From NCBI GenBank assembly GCA_965115855.1, contig OZ220470.1, forward strand, positions 2,328,422-2,392,421: a DNA stretch of 64,000 bases. The letters are read 5' to 3'. The translations under genes and the position numbers were made by a program. The notes beneath the pieces were generated by a model. It ran no database searches. It was not told the origin of the DNA and saw only the letters and a list, made by a program, of their open reading frames with translations. Source of the stretch: Vicinamibacteria bacterium. GTDB lineage: Bacteria; Acidobacteriota; Vicinamibacteria; Marinacidobacterales; Marinacidobacteraceae. This document shows positions 11,634 to 23,000 of this stretch, in pieces (the stretch's first letter is position 1; the number at the start of each line of letters is the position of its first letter).

Positions 11634-13051
11634 GGGGAGGGGGTGGGCCGGTGGTCCCGGAGGAAGAATCGGCCAAGGCGGCCGGGGCGGGACAATCGGA
11701 TGGGGGGCAACGCTCCCGGTTGTTGCGGATTGGCATCCACCTGGATCACCGCTTCCCCGGAAAGGATCAGGATCAGGTCGTCACCGAGGATCTTCCGTCG
11801 GAAGCCACGCAGCGGACGCATGCCGGAAGGCGGATTCGGATAGGCGGAGGCGATCATCCGGAGTTCGTCGCTGGTGGCGAGAAACTCCGGCGCCACGTCC
11901 TGCTGGCCAGCCCGGAGCCTGGTCCAGGTTTCCAGCAGAAGCGCCAGGGAATCCGGGGCGGCCCGCCGCTCCTTCCTGGTCCCGGTGAAGGGGACCGGTT
12001 TCCGGGCCCCGTTCTCGATTTCCCGGAGCAACGCCTCGCCGTTCCGGGAAAGCACCGAACGGGCGTGCTGTGCGGTCTTCGGATCGACTTTCCCCGCCTG
12101 GCGGGCGCCTTCCCGATAGGGTCGGAGCATCACCTCCACGCTCTTTGGCTGGCGCCGGGCGAGATCACGCAGGACTCCGTCCCGGAGGATCCAGGGCCGC
12201 GGCCGGTTTCCGGTGCGCGCCCGCCGCTCCCGCCAGGCGGCGAGCGTGCGGAGCGAGCCCCGCTGCGAATCGGTCAGGCCGGCAACGTCGAGATTTCGGT
12301 AGTACTCGTCCTCGGGAGGCAACCCGTAGAAGGCCGGATCGCTGAGGGGCGCCATCTCCTCCTCCAGCCACTCCAGTCGCGAGAGCGAGCGAGCCCGCTC
12401 CGTGAGCTTGTCCCGGAGACGCAACAGGTAGCGAACATCGGCAATGGCGTATTCGACCTGGCGGGGTGTCAGCGGACGCTGGAGCCAGTTCGACATCTGT
12501 TCGCTCTTGGAAAGCTCCCGACCCACAAAACCGGCAACCAGCGCGCTGAGTGCGACCTGCAGCCGCTTGCCGTGCCCGATGACCGCCGCTGCCACCTGGG
12601 TGTCGAACACGTTCTTCGGCGTCACTCCCGCCAGCGCGTGGAAGATGTCGAAGTCGTGCTTGCCGGCGTGGACCACCTTGAGCACTTCGGGGTCGGCCAC
12701 CAGTTCGAACAACGGTGCGAGATCCGGTACTGCGAGCGGATCCACCACTGCCTCCACTTCGGTCGACGCGACCTGAACGAGGCCCAGTTCGGGGAACAGG
12801 CGGTTCTCGGGGATGAACTCGGTGTCGAGTGCAAAGGCGCCGCTTTCACGGAGGTGGCGCACCAAGTCCGCAAGCGCCTCCGCATCGTGGACCAGACGAA
12901 CCCCACCGAGATCGCCGGGTGGAGCCGCGGCGGCCGGACGGCCCGATCTCCGTTGGCCGCCGGCGCGTCGTCGTCCGGGAGTCGTCCCCCCGGCGGAGGC
13001 GCGGCCCGCATTCCGTTCGGATGCCGCGTTGCGGCTGGTCTCGTCTCCCAA
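11630..13051 (-). CDS. rnd: ribonuclease D (3'-5' exonuclease plus HRDC domain)
   Basis: DEDDy exonuclease motifs (LDTEF..., HAGKHD, YAIADV) and an HRDC domain. The N-terminal ~50 aa are low-complexity, so the start is uncertain. Confidence 0.8.
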   Translation of the reverse strand: MGDETSRNAASERNAGRASAGGTTPGRRRAGGQRRSGRPAAAAPPGDLGGVRLVHDAEALADLVRHLRESGAFALDTEFIPENRLFPELGLVQVASTEVEAVVDPLAVPDLAPLFELVADPEVLKVVHAGKHDFDIFHALAGVTPKNVFDTQVAAAVIGHGKRLQVALSALVAGFVGRELSKSEQMSNWLQRPLTPRQVEYAIADVRYLLRLRDKLTERARSLSRLEWLEEEMAPLSDPAFYGLPPEDEYYRNLDVAGLTDSQRGSLRTLAAWRERRARTGNRPRPWILRDGVLRDLARRQPKSVEVMLRPYREGARQAGKVDPKTAQHARSVLSRNGEALLREIENGARKPVPFTGTRKERRAAPDSLALLLETWTRLRAGQQDVAPEFLATSDELRMIASAYPNPPSGMRPLRGFRRKILGDDLILILSGEAVIQVDANPQQPGALPPIRLSRPGRLGRFFLRDHRPTPSP

Positions 13052-13143
13052 GGATTCTCTGCGCGAGGGTGTCCGGGGGGCGATCCGAACGTCGCGCGTG
13101 CAGTCTACCGCCCGGCCCGGTCGCGTAACATCGGCGCTCCCCC

Positions 13144-14550
13144 ATGCCGGAACCCGGAATCCTGAGCGTCCTCCCTCCCGTGCTGGCCATCGTGGTTGCC
13201 CTTCTGACCCGGCAGCCGGTGCTGGCGCTCCTGGCCGGGGTGCTCTTCGGAGAGCTGGTACTGGCTGCCGGCCGTCCCGGCCCCGCCCTCGCCGCGGCGT
13301 CGGGACGGGTCGTGGACGCCTTCTCCGGCAATGCCGAGATCCTCCTGTTCAGCACCTTGGTGGGCTCCGTCCTGGTACTGGTGGGGCGGCTCGGGGGAGT
13401 GGAGGGATTCGTTCGATGGTTCCGCTCCGGAAGCGTCGCCGGCAGCCCGCTCGGAGCCCGATTGCTCGCGCTCGGGCTGGGACTCGGCATCTTCGTGGAG
13501 TCGAGCATCACCTGCCTGGTCAGCGGCTCGGTCGCGCGCCCGCTTTTCGACCGGTTTCGGCAATCCCGGGAGAAACTGGCCTATCTCACCGACTCGACTT
13601 CGGCCCCGGTCTGCATCCTGATCCCGATGAACGGCTGGGGCGCGCTGATCATCGGCATCCTGGCGACCCTCGGCGTCGAGAACGGAATCGCGCTCCTGAT
13701 CGGCAGCATTCCGTTCAATTTCTACGCGCTCGCCGCGCTCGGCCTCGCCTTCTGGTTCGGGATCACCAACCGCAACTTCGGTCCGATGGCGCGGGCCCAG
13801 CGCCGGGCGGAAGAGACCGGACAGGTGCTTCGCGAAGGGGCGACGCCGCTCGCATCCACCGAAATCCTGGAGGTGCATCCGAAGGAAGGGGCCGTCCCGC
13901 GGGCGGTCAACATGCTGGTTCCGCTGGCGGTCATGCTGGTAATGATCTTCGTTTCGCTGCGGATCACCGGAGAGGGAGACCTGCTGGCGGGAAGTGGCGG
14001 AACCTCCGTCCTCTGGGCCGTACTCACCGCCATGGTGGTTGCGGTCCTGATGGGCCTCGCCCAGGGCATCCTGCGGATCGCGGAGAGCGTGGACCTGATC
14101 CTGCGGGGAGCTTCCGGGATGGTGCCGGTGGTTGCCGTTCTCCTCGTCTCGTTCGCGATCTCCGGGGTGGCGCGGGAGCTGGGCACCGGTGTGTACCTGG
14201 CAGGGATTGCGGAGTCGGCGATTCCCGGTTGGCTGTTCCCGACGGTGCTGTTCCTGGTCACGAGCGCGGTGGCCTTCTCCACCGGGACCTCGTGGGGCAC
14301 GTTCGCGATCATGCTTCCGATCGCGATACCGGCGGTGGCGGCGCTCGGCCTGGATCCGCGCCTGGTGGTCGCGGCGGTGTTGTCCGGTGGCATCTTCGGA
14401 GACCACTGTTCCCCGATCTCCGACACGACCATCATTGCCTCGATGGCCTCCGGGTCCGATCTGGTGGACCATGTGAACACCCAGCTTCCCTACGCACTTC
14501 TGGGCGCCGGGATCGCGACGCTTGCCTTCCTCGCCGCCGGGTCGCTCTGA
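13144..14550 (+). CDS. Na+/H+ antiporter NhaC-family membrane transporter
   Basis: 468 aa polytopic membrane protein resembling the NhaC/YfcC superfamily. Confidence 0.7.
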   Translation: MPEPGILSVLPPVLAIVVALLTRQPVLALLAGVLFGELVLAAGRPGPALAAASGRVVDAFSGNAEILLFSTLVGSVLVLVGRLGGVEGFVRWFRSGSVAGSPLGARLLALGLGLGIFVESSITCLVSGSVARPLFDRFRQSREKLAYLTDSTSAPVCILIPMNGWGALIIGILATLGVENGIALLIGSIPFNFYALAALGLAFWFGITNRNFGPMARAQRRAEETGQVLREGATPLASTEILEVHPKEGAVPRAVNMLVPLAVMLVMIFVSLRITGEGDLLAGSGGTSVLWAVLTAMVVAVLMGLAQGILRIAESVDLILRGASGMVPVVAVLLVSFAISGVARELGTGVYLAGIAESAIPGWLFPTVLFLVTSAVAFSTGTSWGTFAIMLPIAIPAVAALGLDPRLVVAAVLSGGIFGDHCSPISDTTIIASMASGSDLVDHVNTQLPYALLGAGIATLAFLAAGSL

Positions 14551-14567
14551 ACGTACAATCTCCCCGG

Positions 14568-15428
14568 ATGCTCCAGGACTCGCTCCTCGACGTACGGGAA
14601 CCGGGCAGGGTGGCGGCTGCCTCCGGCCCGGAACTCGTTCCCCTCGATCGGGATCATCCCGGATTCCGTGACTCGGCATACCGGGCTCGCCGGGACACGA
14701 TCGCCCGGTTGGCTCTCGACCATCGCCCCGGAGACCCGGCGCCGGCAGTGGACTATACGAAGGAGGAGCATGCCGTCTGGGCGCGCGTGCTGGGCAGCCT
14801 GACCGCCATGCACCGCGAGTTCGCGTGCGCCGAATACCAGCTTTGCGTGGACGCGGTCTCGCTGAGCCGGGACCGGATCCCGCAGCTCGAAGAGGTGAAT
14901 GCCGTCATCCGGCCGCTCACCGGTTTCCGGATGCTGCCAGTGGCCGGCCTCGTGGAAGCGCGCGCCTTCCTGTCGGACCTCGCGGACCGCGTCTTCCTCT
15001 CCACCCAGTACATCCGGCACCACAGCCGACCCTTCTACACTCCGGAGCCGGATGTCATCCACGAACTGGTGGGGCACGCCGCCACCTTCGCCCATCCCGG
15101 ATACGCGGCGCTGAGCCGGCATTTCGGCCGGGCGGCGCGCGGCGCCGATGACAAGGACATCGAACGCATCGCCCGGTTGTACTGGTTCACGCTGGAGTTC
15201 GGAGCGGTTCTCGAGGACGGTGTTCCCAAGGCATACGGCGCCGGATTGCTCTCGTCGGTCGGCGAGCTCGAACGGTTGCGGGACGCCGAACTGCGGCCGT
15301 TCGACGTGGATGCCATCGCCGCGACACCGTTCGATCCGACCGACTACCAGCCCTGGTACTTCCTCGCACCCAGCTTCGGCGAAATGACGGAGCAGGTCTC
15401 CCGATTCCTCTCCCGGTTCACGGAGTGA
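14568..15428 (+). CDS. phhA: phenylalanine 4-monooxygenase (aromatic amino acid hydroxylase)
   Basis: Only the C-terminal 286 aa of the 871-aa run-through ORF are real. Biopterin-dependent hydroxylase motifs present (PEPDVIHELVGH iron ligands, YWFTLEFG). Confidence 0.85.
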   Translation: MLQDSLLDVREPGRVAAASGPELVPLDRDHPGFRDSAYRARRDTIARLALDHRPGDPAPAVDYTKEEHAVWARVLGSLTAMHREFACAEYQLCVDAVSLSRDRIPQLEEVNAVIRPLTGFRMLPVAGLVEARAFLSDLADRVFLSTQYIRHHSRPFYTPEPDVIHELVGHAATFAHPGYAALSRHFGRAARGADDKDIERIARLYWFTLEFGAVLEDGVPKAYGAGLLSSVGELERLRDAELRPFDVDAIAATPFDPTDYQPWYFLAPSFGEMTEQVSRFLSRFTE

Positions 15429-15526
15429 GGCGGCCGTCCGGCAGGCGAAATGGACGGGCGTCTCGCACCGTCAGGCGCCCTTGCAACTCGTTTCCGTGAC
15501 AGTCTCGTACTGGAGGGATCAGTGAC

Positions 15527-15905
15527 ATGAGCGTGGCGAAGTCGCTTTCGGAGATGTACGGGGGCATGGACGCAGCCCAAGTGCAGGCGGATTACCAGCA
15601 CGTTCTGGTTCCCGGAGAAACTGTCGAGTATGCCTGCAAGACGCTGCGCGACCTCTTCATCGTTACCGACCGGCGCATTCTCAACGTGGACAAGCAGGGA
15701 CTCACCGGCGCAAAGAAAAATTGATGAGAGCATCGCGTTCCATAAGATCGGTCGCGACTCGGTGGAGTTCGGAGGCAAGCTGGCCGGGATGGTGACGATC
15801 CGGATAGGGGCATCTGGAGCTGGCGACAAGTTGGAGGTGGTGTTCGACAAGACCGCCAACGGCGAGGGGATTCAGAAAGTGCTGTCAACCAGGATTTTGG
15901 CATGA
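15527..15905 (+). pseudogene. bacterial PH domain (bPH_1/YokE-like) gene with a +1 frameshift at an A-run
   Basis: Two adjacent ORFs (15527..15724 and the tail of 15630..15905) encode the N- and C-halves of a ~125-aa bPH protein. Deleting one A from aaagaaaaa (15713-15720) restores ...LTGAKKIDESIAF... Confidence 0.5.
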
Positions 15906-16045
15906 ATTCGTTGTCCCCGCTGTACGGAGATACGTGATTCGTGGTCCTGCCGGAGACCCGAACCGGATCTGGATAATCGGGCGCACCGATCCCCGCCGGG
16001 GAGGCGCCATGACCGGACAGATCCCGTGGTTCGTCGACGGGAACG

Positions 16046-17302
16046 TCAGACCGCGCGCAGCACCACCACGGTGGCGTCGTCCTCGGGCGCACCGCCGCGG
16101 AACTGGCGGACATCCCGCAGAATCAGGTCGCAGATTTCCGCTGCCGGGGTCTGGCGGGCGCGTTCCTGCCGCAACAGCGCGGCGAGCCGCTTTCTTCCGT
16201 ACATCTCGCCGTTGCGGTTCGCCGACTCGGTGATCCCGTCGGTGGACAGCGCGATCAGATCGCCGCTCCCGAGCTGGATTCCCTGTTCGAAGTAGCGCGG
16301 GGAGGGGAAGAGGCCCACCGGCAGCCCGGCGGCGGGCACTTCCTCGACGGTCCCGTCGGCGCGCACCAGGATCGGCGGCAGGTGGCCGGCGTTGATATGC
16401 ACGAGGCGGCGGAGCGGCACGTCCAGAACTCCGTAGAAGAGCGTCGCGTACCGGGTCTCGCCCGCCGATTCGAAGAGCAGCCGGTTGACCCGGTTGAAGA
16501 TGGCGCGCAGCGCGAGGCTCGACGTTGCGAGTGCATACACCGAGGCTCGGAGGGCGCCGACCAGCAGCGCTGCCGGCACCCCCTTGCCCGCCACGTCGGC
16601 CACCGCGATGCCGTAGCGGTCCTCGCCGAGCGGGATAAAGTCGTAGTAGTCCCCACCCACCTCCGAACAGGGTTCGTATACCGCCGCGAGGTCCATGTGG
16701 TCCAGCCGGGGTGGCGCGTGGGGAAGCAGATCCTGGAGAACCTGCCCCGCGACTTCGAGCTCGGATATGAGTTCGCGGCGTTCGACGGCTTCCGTGTGGA
16801 AGAGAATCCGCTCCAGGGCCGGTGCGGCGCCACCGGCATAGGAACGGAGTGTCTTCTGATCCCCCTCGTCGAAGGCGTCCGGTCGCGAAGCCTCCAGGAT
16901 GAGGATCCCCACCCGGCGTCCGCCGGCGCCGAGTACCGGCGCCACGAGTGCCGAACGGGCGTCGGTGCTGATGTCCGGATCCGGCGCCGCTTCGTCGTCC
17001 GATGCGCACCAGGCTTCGGATCGCCCGGCGGCCAGCACCCGGCTGACGATGCCGTCCGGACTCGGAATTGCTTCCCCGCGCCGGCGCGGGCCCCACTCCG
17101 CCCGCCTGCCCCTCTCACGCCGGGCCAGAACGGTGGCGCCATCAAGGCTCATCACCGTGAGGGTGGCCCGATCCGCCTCCGGCAGCACGATGCGCGCCCC
17201 GGCGAGAACCTGGTCTCCGGTACGCCCGACCTCAAGGCTGCGACCCATCTCCTGGAACGCCTGCAGCAGACGGCGCTCCGGGGAGAGCTCCCGGGCGCTC
17301 AC
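16046..17302 (-). CDS. GAF domain-PP2C (SpoIIE/RsbU-like) serine phosphatase
   Basis: GAF domain followed by PP2C motifs (GDYYD, DVAGKG, STDGITE). GTG start at 17302 was chosen so the gene begins after the stop of the upstream secreted-protein gene. Confidence 0.75.
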   Translation of the reverse strand: MSARELSPERRLLQAFQEMGRSLEVGRTGDQVLAGARIVLPEADRATLTVMSLDGATVLARRERGRRAEWGPRRRGEAIPSPDGIVSRVLAAGRSEAWCASDDEAAPDPDISTDARSALVAPVLGAGGRRVGILILEASRPDAFDEGDQKTLRSYAGGAAPALERILFHTEAVERRELISELEVAGQVLQDLLPHAPPRLDHMDLAAVYEPCSEVGGDYYDFIPLGEDRYGIAVADVAGKGVPAALLVGALRASVYALATSSLALRAIFNRVNRLLFESAGETRYATLFYGVLDVPLRRLVHINAGHLPPILVRADGTVEEVPAAGLPVGLFPSPRYFEQGIQLGSGDLIALSTDGITESANRNGEMYGRKRLAALLRQERARQTPAAEICDLILRDVRQFRGGAPEDDATVVVLRAV

Positions 17303-17321
17303 CCGTGCGTCCCCGGGAACC

Positions 17322-17945
17322 CTACCGGTACGCGAAGCAGTAGAAGAGACCGTCGCCGCCGGTGCCCTGGAGATCGGACTGGCTGCACCCGCGGGAACCG
17401 TGCGCCGAATTCCACGAGGTTCCGTCGTCTCCTCCCCCGATCCGGTCATGGTGGCCCACCCGGGCGCTTCCGTCGCTGCTGTTGCTGGTCCAGTTGGAAC
17501 AGTTGGTGTCGCCGTCGCCCATGAATCGGGCTCCGTCGGCGGCCGTGCCGGTGATGATGTCGTGCCGGTTCACGTCGTCCCCGCGGCCGCTGATGACGTC
17601 GCCGGTTTCGGAAACCGAATTCTCCTTGCTCAGCTTGTTGTCCGCACCATGAAGATCCGCCACGTTCCGCGCAACCATCACACCGTTGGCATTGTGCCAG
17701 GGACCGCCCTTGATCCGGTCACGGGCGTCCACCTCGTCGGTGCTTAGATAGGCATGCCAGGTGAGGCCGGGATCGGCGCCCGCTTCCCGGGCGAGCATGG
17801 TGCAGTGGGCGTCGGCGCCGTCGAGCCCGCCGAGATTGGCCCCGTCTCCCGGGCCCTGGCTCGTCAGGAAAAAGGTCATGGGTTCCTGGGCGGCGAGGAG
17901 GCCGGGAACGGCAGCGAGGGAGAGCACGAGGGTGGCGCGGCGCAT
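17322..17945 (-). CDS. secreted hypothetical protein (Cys-containing, signal peptide)
   Basis: MRRATLVLSLAAVPGLLAAQEP signal peptide; Gly/Asp-rich mature part with 5 Cys; no family assigned. Confidence 0.5.
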   Translation of the reverse strand: MRRATLVLSLAAVPGLLAAQEPMTFFLTSQGPGDGANLGGLDGADAHCTMLAREAGADPGLTWHAYLSTDEVDARDRIKGGPWHNANGVMVARNVADLHGADNKLSKENSVSETGDVISGRGDDVNRHDIITGTAADGARFMGDGDTNCSNWTSNSSDGSARVGHHDRIGGGDDGTSWNSAHGSRGCSQSDLQGTGGDGLFYCFAYR

Positions 17946-18059
17946 GGTTCGACTCCTTGTCCGGTGGGCGACCGGAGGGCCGGATTGTAGGCGGATGCGC
18001 CGCCATCCGGCCGGCGCCAACCGTCCGGTCCCTCCTCGTGGGACTCCGGCCGCCGAGCG

Positions 18060-19169
18060 TCAGGCCGAACGTGGGGGGGAATGCCGGAAACGACGCATCG
18101 CGAACCAGAACAGCGGCAGGATGAAGATGACCCAGAAGCCGTAGGTGAGGATCCGGTACCCGATGCCGATCAGCCCTTCGAGCCCGGCCTGGGCCAGGAG
18201 AACGGCAGCCAGCAGCACGAGTGTGGAGGTCGCGGGACGCAGCCACGCCTTGAGCTCCCGGCCCTGTTCCTCCACCGCGCGGGCGATCCGCTCGTTGCAG
18301 GCGTGGATGAGGCTGGTTGCGGTCTCGATGAGGGTTCCGAACAGGATCACCGGGAACGCGACGAAAAGGATCGGGGAACCGATGTGGTCCAGCAGCGTGA
18401 ACGACGGAACCGTCTCCTCGAGCATCGACGGTCCGAATCCGGCGATGGCGATGAAGAAGAAGACGGCGGGAAGGATCCCGATGGGGCCGGCGAGGATGCC
18501 GGCGAGGACCGCGTCCCGGCGGGTTCGGAGATGGCGGGCGCAGAAGAGGACCGCCGGCAGGGTGCCCACGTTGTAGGCCATGTACTCGGCGCCGCCGAGT
18601 GCCCAGTCGCGGGTGATGCCGCCCGCTCGGAAGGCGGCCCCGATTTCCGGCCCGAAGGAGCGGAGTGCGGCGACCAGCAACCCGATGTACACCGCATACA
18701 GGGCAATGGACCAGAACGAAAGGAAATTCTCGACAGCGCTGGTCCCCCGGAATACCAGCCACCCGACCACCAGAGTGATGACGATCACGCCGACGGCGTA
18801 GGGCAGGCCGAGCGAACGGGAGACGACTTCGCCGCCGGCTGCCGCCACCACCGAGACCACCACCAGCATCGAAGCCAGGTAGATCATCTCGTAGAGCCAG
18901 TTCCAACGCCCGAGCAACGCGCGGGCAAACGTCCGGTAATCGAACGCGCGGGTTCTCCGGGCCACCTCGAAGGTCAGCGCGCAGACCACCGACCAGAGGG
19001 GAACGGTGATCACCAGCATGGCCAGCAGTCCGCCGATCACCCCCTTCGTCAGAAAGAAATCCACGAGTTCCCGGCCGGTGCCGTACCCGCCAGCAATCAT
19101 CATGGACTGGAAGCAGAATCCGGGAAGCAGGATCCGCTGGAACCAGCCGGAACGCAGGGGGTTCTTCAT
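18060..19169 (-). CDS. YkvI-family (amino-acid permease-like) membrane protein
   Basis: 369 aa, ~10 TM helices, similar to the YkvI/GerAB-type transporter family. Confidence 0.6.
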   Translation of the reverse strand: MKNPLRSGWFQRILLPGFCFQSMMIAGGYGTGRELVDFFLTKGVIGGLLAMLVITVPLWSVVCALTFEVARRTRAFDYRTFARALLGRWNWLYEMIYLASMLVVVSVVAAAGGEVVSRSLGLPYAVGVIVITLVVGWLVFRGTSAVENFLSFWSIALYAVYIGLLVAALRSFGPEIGAAFRAGGITRDWALGGAEYMAYNVGTLPAVLFCARHLRTRRDAVLAGILAGPIGILPAVFFFIAIAGFGPSMLEETVPSFTLLDHIGSPILFVAFPVILFGTLIETATSLIHACNERIARAVEEQGRELKAWLRPATSTLVLLAAVLLAQAGLEGLIGIGYRILTYGFWVIFILPLFWFAMRRFRHSPPRSA

Positions 19170-19255
19170 GCGAGTGTCGCCGGTCCGGGGTGGGCCGCCG
19201 GCTGGTGGAGAATATGCGGTCCCTTCCGTCCGGGGGGCGGATATGCTCCGGCGCC

Positions 19256-19822
19256 ATGCGTGCTCAGGGAATGGGGACGGCGCCGTGCGGCGTGCTCTTC
19301 GGGCTGGTTGCGGTCTTCGCCGCGGGAGCCGCCCCTGCCCAGGAAGGGTCCGCTTCCGCCGAATCCCCGGCGGTGGAACTGGTGGAACGGTGGTTTTCCC
19401 TGGCCGGGGAACTCGGCGACGATCCAGCGAGCCACCAGGCGTTCCTGGATCTCTACGAGGAGGACGCGCTCCACATCCAGGGTCCCGCGGGAACCCACCA
19501 ACGCGGGACGGCGATGTTCCGGGGTCGGGAGAAGGTGGCGCTGCTGATCGCCCGTCTCGTGGAGCAGTGGACCGACCACACCCTCCGCCTGGAAGTCTCG
19601 ACCGCTGCCGAAGTGTCGGAGACGGTCATCCCGCAAGCTCCCGGCCCCTGGGGAGGGCCGCTGGTTGCGGTCGAGTTCACGCTGTCAGGCACGCGCAAGG
19701 ACGAGGAGCGCCGCTACACCGTGCCGGCCGCCGGATTTTTCCGGGTTCGCGGCGACCGCCTGGCCCGGGTCCGGATCTATCTCGGGATGGGCGAAGCCGC
19801 CGAGGTGGAGATCCAGCGGTAG
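19256..19822 (+). CDS. secreted hypothetical protein (NTF2/SnoaL-like fold suspected)
   Basis: Signal peptide MRAQGMGTAPCGVLFGLVAVFAAGAAPAQE; ~160-aa mature domain. Confidence 0.45.
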   Translation: MRAQGMGTAPCGVLFGLVAVFAAGAAPAQEGSASAESPAVELVERWFSLAGELGDDPASHQAFLDLYEEDALHIQGPAGTHQRGTAMFRGREKVALLIARLVEQWTDHTLRLEVSTAAEVSETVIPQAPGPWGGPLVAVEFTLSGTRKDEERRYTVPAAGFFRVRGDRLARVRIYLGMGEAAEVEIQR

Positions 19823-20032
19823 CTTGGGGTCCGTGCCGGGCACTCGCGATTCTTCGGTCCCTCGTTCCGTTCCGGGTTGCTGTAGCGCAGGTCGCCCGTC
19901 TCCGGGTAGCCCGGGCCGCTTCCGGCACATGGGCGCCCGATGATGCCCCGGCTGCGAACTCGCGTTCGGGGGCATCGGGATCGCCGCAGACCGGGACGTC
20001 TCCCCAACCCTTGAGAGGGGGCCGGTGGCCGC

Positions 20033-23000
20033 TCACCAGCCGAGGGCGCCCTGGAGCGCGAGTCGCCGGTCCCGCGTTCCCATGACGCTCTCGCGCCGCG
20101 CCCCTTCGAGGTCCAGCCGGAAGAGCGGACCCAGCTGGTAGCGGGCGCCGAGCCGCAGGGCCCGGCCCATCTCCGCCATCTGGAGGCCCGCATACGGGGT
20201 CAGGACCCCGGCCAGGGGAAGCCCGAACCCGTGGCCGCCCTCCGCCGTCAGCCGCCGCTCCGCCCGCAACCCCGCCATCGGGGTCGGGGAGAACGCCGGG
20301 GTCCGGTCGAACATCTGCTGCAGGCCGCTCTCCGTGCCCCCCTGCGACGGCGCCACCTTCAGGAACGGACCCCGTCCCTCATCGCCGGGATCGAGGCTCA
20401 CCATCGCCCCCACGCCCCACTCACGGCGTTCCGTCTCGGCGTGCGTGACCAGCGCCCGGCTACGCACTTGCAATGTCAGTCCCGGGTCCCGCATCCGGTA
20501 CGCCACGCTTCCGCCGACCTCGACCCCCGCGCCCTCCACCGCGTCGCCCCGGTCGTACAGAACCCCCACCTCCAGCGCCGGCGTCAGCGTACCCGTGCCC
20601 AGCGTCCGCTCGTGCGAGCCTTCCAGCATCAACCGCAACCGGCTGGTGTGCGCCGTCAGGCCCTCGAGGCCCGACTCCGAGGCCGTGCTGAAGCGCGCGT
20701 ACGAACCCTCGCCCTTGACCGCCAGCCGGGTCATGCCCCCCGCCAGCAGATCCGCATCCCGGAACAGCACGCTCCGACCGCCCACCGCACCGCTCGCAAA
20801 CGACATCCCCGCGTCCCGCTTGTTCATTCCCGTCTCGGTCACTCGCACCTCGCCCCGACCGTAGCCCCCGCTCGCCCACAGGTTCGACCCGTCGGGCGCC
20901 AGCCACGCCAGGTAGGGGTGCGCCGAGGTCAGTCCCGCCTCGTAGATCCCGGCCACCGAACCGGTCTCGGCGGCGCCGCTCGCATCGAAGTCGCCGGTCG
21001 CGTGCGACACCACGATCCCCGCGAGGAAGTCCGAACCGATCCGCGCGTCCGCGCCCACGTGCGCGGACCACAGTCCCCCGTCCCACGAGACCTCACGGTC
21101 GGTCCCGGAAAGCGACAGCCGTCCGCCCCGGCCCCAGACGCCGATCGCCGGGAATCCGCCCTCCTCCTCTTCCTGGCCGAGCGTCATGCCGAACGCCGCC
21201 CCGTCCAGCACGTCGGCGAGCCGCAACGGCCGGTCGGTCCGCCCGCCGAATCCGGTCCGATCTCCTAACGCTCCCGTCCGGCCGTCGTGCCGCAGGTTGA
21301 GCACTCCTTCGGAAGAGGCGGACATCGGCATCGCGCCCAGCCGCAGCTCGCGCGACGCGAACCCCGCCGACACCGACTCGATCCGGTCGGCAACCGCCCC
21401 CAGCGTCTGCGTCGCGAACCCCGCCGCGAACTGCGGAAGGATCACCTCGTTCAACCGATTCGCACGACCCAGCGCCTCCGCCGACGTCGTGTTCCGCACC
21501 GTCACCGACACCGACTCCGCCGTCACCCCGCCGTAGTCCCCGCCGGACACCCGGTGGCTCACCGTCGCCCTCATGTCCGCCAGCGAGTCCTCGTCCTCCA
21601 CCCCGCTCACCGTCACCGTCTGCGGGGTGTCCCAGTTCGCGGCGGTAAAGGAGAGCGCCTCCGAGACCGTCGCCGCTCCCCCGTCGCTGCTCGCCGGGGT
21701 GACCGTCACCGGACCCGTCGGTTCGCTGGTGAGCACCACCGTGTAGGTCCCGCTTCCGTCCTCGTCCACCGTCAGTTCGGTCGGGGTCACCGTCACCCCC
21801 GCCTTGTCGTTGTCGGTCACCCGCACCGACACCGCATCGGCCTTCACCGAGTCGTAGTCCCCGCCCGAAACCTCGTGGGTCAGGGTCGCGGTATCCGCCA
21901 CCGCGTCGGCGTCCTCCGCCGCGCGGACCGTCACCGTCTGCGCCGTGTCCCAGTTCGCGGCGGTGAACCCGCGCGACGCCGGCGCCACCGTGATGTCCCC
22001 CGCCGCGCCAGCGATCGCCACCGTCACCTCCGCCGTCGGCTCGCTGGTCAGCGCCACCGTGTAGGTCCCGCTTCCCCCCTCGTCCACCATCAGTTCGGTC
22101 GGGGTCACCGCAACCCCCGCCTCGTCGTTCTCGGTCACCCGCACCGACACATCGGCGATCGAAACCGAACCGTAGCCCCCGCCCGACGCCTCGTGGGTCA
22201 AGGTGGCTGTGTCCGCCACCGCGTCGGCGTCCTCCGCCGCCCGGACCGTCACCGTCTGTGGCGTGTCCCAGTTCGCCGGGGTGAACGTCAACGACGACGG
22301 TGAAACCGTCACATCCCCGGACGCGCCCGACACCGTGATCGTGACGTTCCCCGAAGGACGCCGGTCCAGAACCACCGTGTAGACGGCGCCGCCGCCCTCC
22401 GACACCCGCAGCGTCGCCCGCGACACCGTCACGCCTTTCGTCCCCGTGGGAGTCGTCGAGCCGCCGCCGGAACCGCCACCACCTCCTCCGCCGCCACTGG
22501 CGGTCGGCGCCTGCGACGTCGCCGTTACCCGGATCACAATCTCCTCGGTGTCCGAGTTGCCGTTCCCGTCCGACGCCGTCACCTCCATCGTGTATGTCCC
22601 TACCGTTGTCGTCGTGAACATCAAACGCGCCTGGTTCAGCGCCGTGCCGCCGGGAATCGCCGGCGCCGTCTCGCCCGCCTTGCGCGTCCAGGCGTAGGTG
22701 ATCGGGTCGTTGTCCCCGTCCGTCGCCACCGCCGTGATGTCCACCGCCTGGCCGGCCTTCACTGTCCGGTTCGCGATCCCCGACAGCACCGGCGACTCGT
22801 CGTCATCCTCGATCGTCCCCGTCGCCGTCGCGTCCGTGATCGTCGTCCCCGCCGATGCATCGGACAGGGTCACCGTGAACGTCTCGTTGTTCTCGTCGAG
22901 ATCGTCGTTCGTCACCGACACCGTGACCGTCGCGCTGCCCGCGTTCGCCGCGACCGTCGCCGCGGTCGCCGGCGTCACCGCGGTGAAGTCCGTGCCCGCC

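Noticed and set aside
12813-14567. N-terminal 585 aa of the 871-aa + ORF preceding phhA
   Set aside because: Overlaps the NhaC-type transporter (other frame) and RNase D (other strand). Composition is noise; the real phhA starts at ATG 14568.
15432-15458. Hairpin (ccgtcc ... ggacgg) after phhA as a Rho-independent terminator
   Set aside because: No downstream U tract and only a modest stem; it cannot be separated from the ordinary GC-rich palindromes abundant in this sequence.
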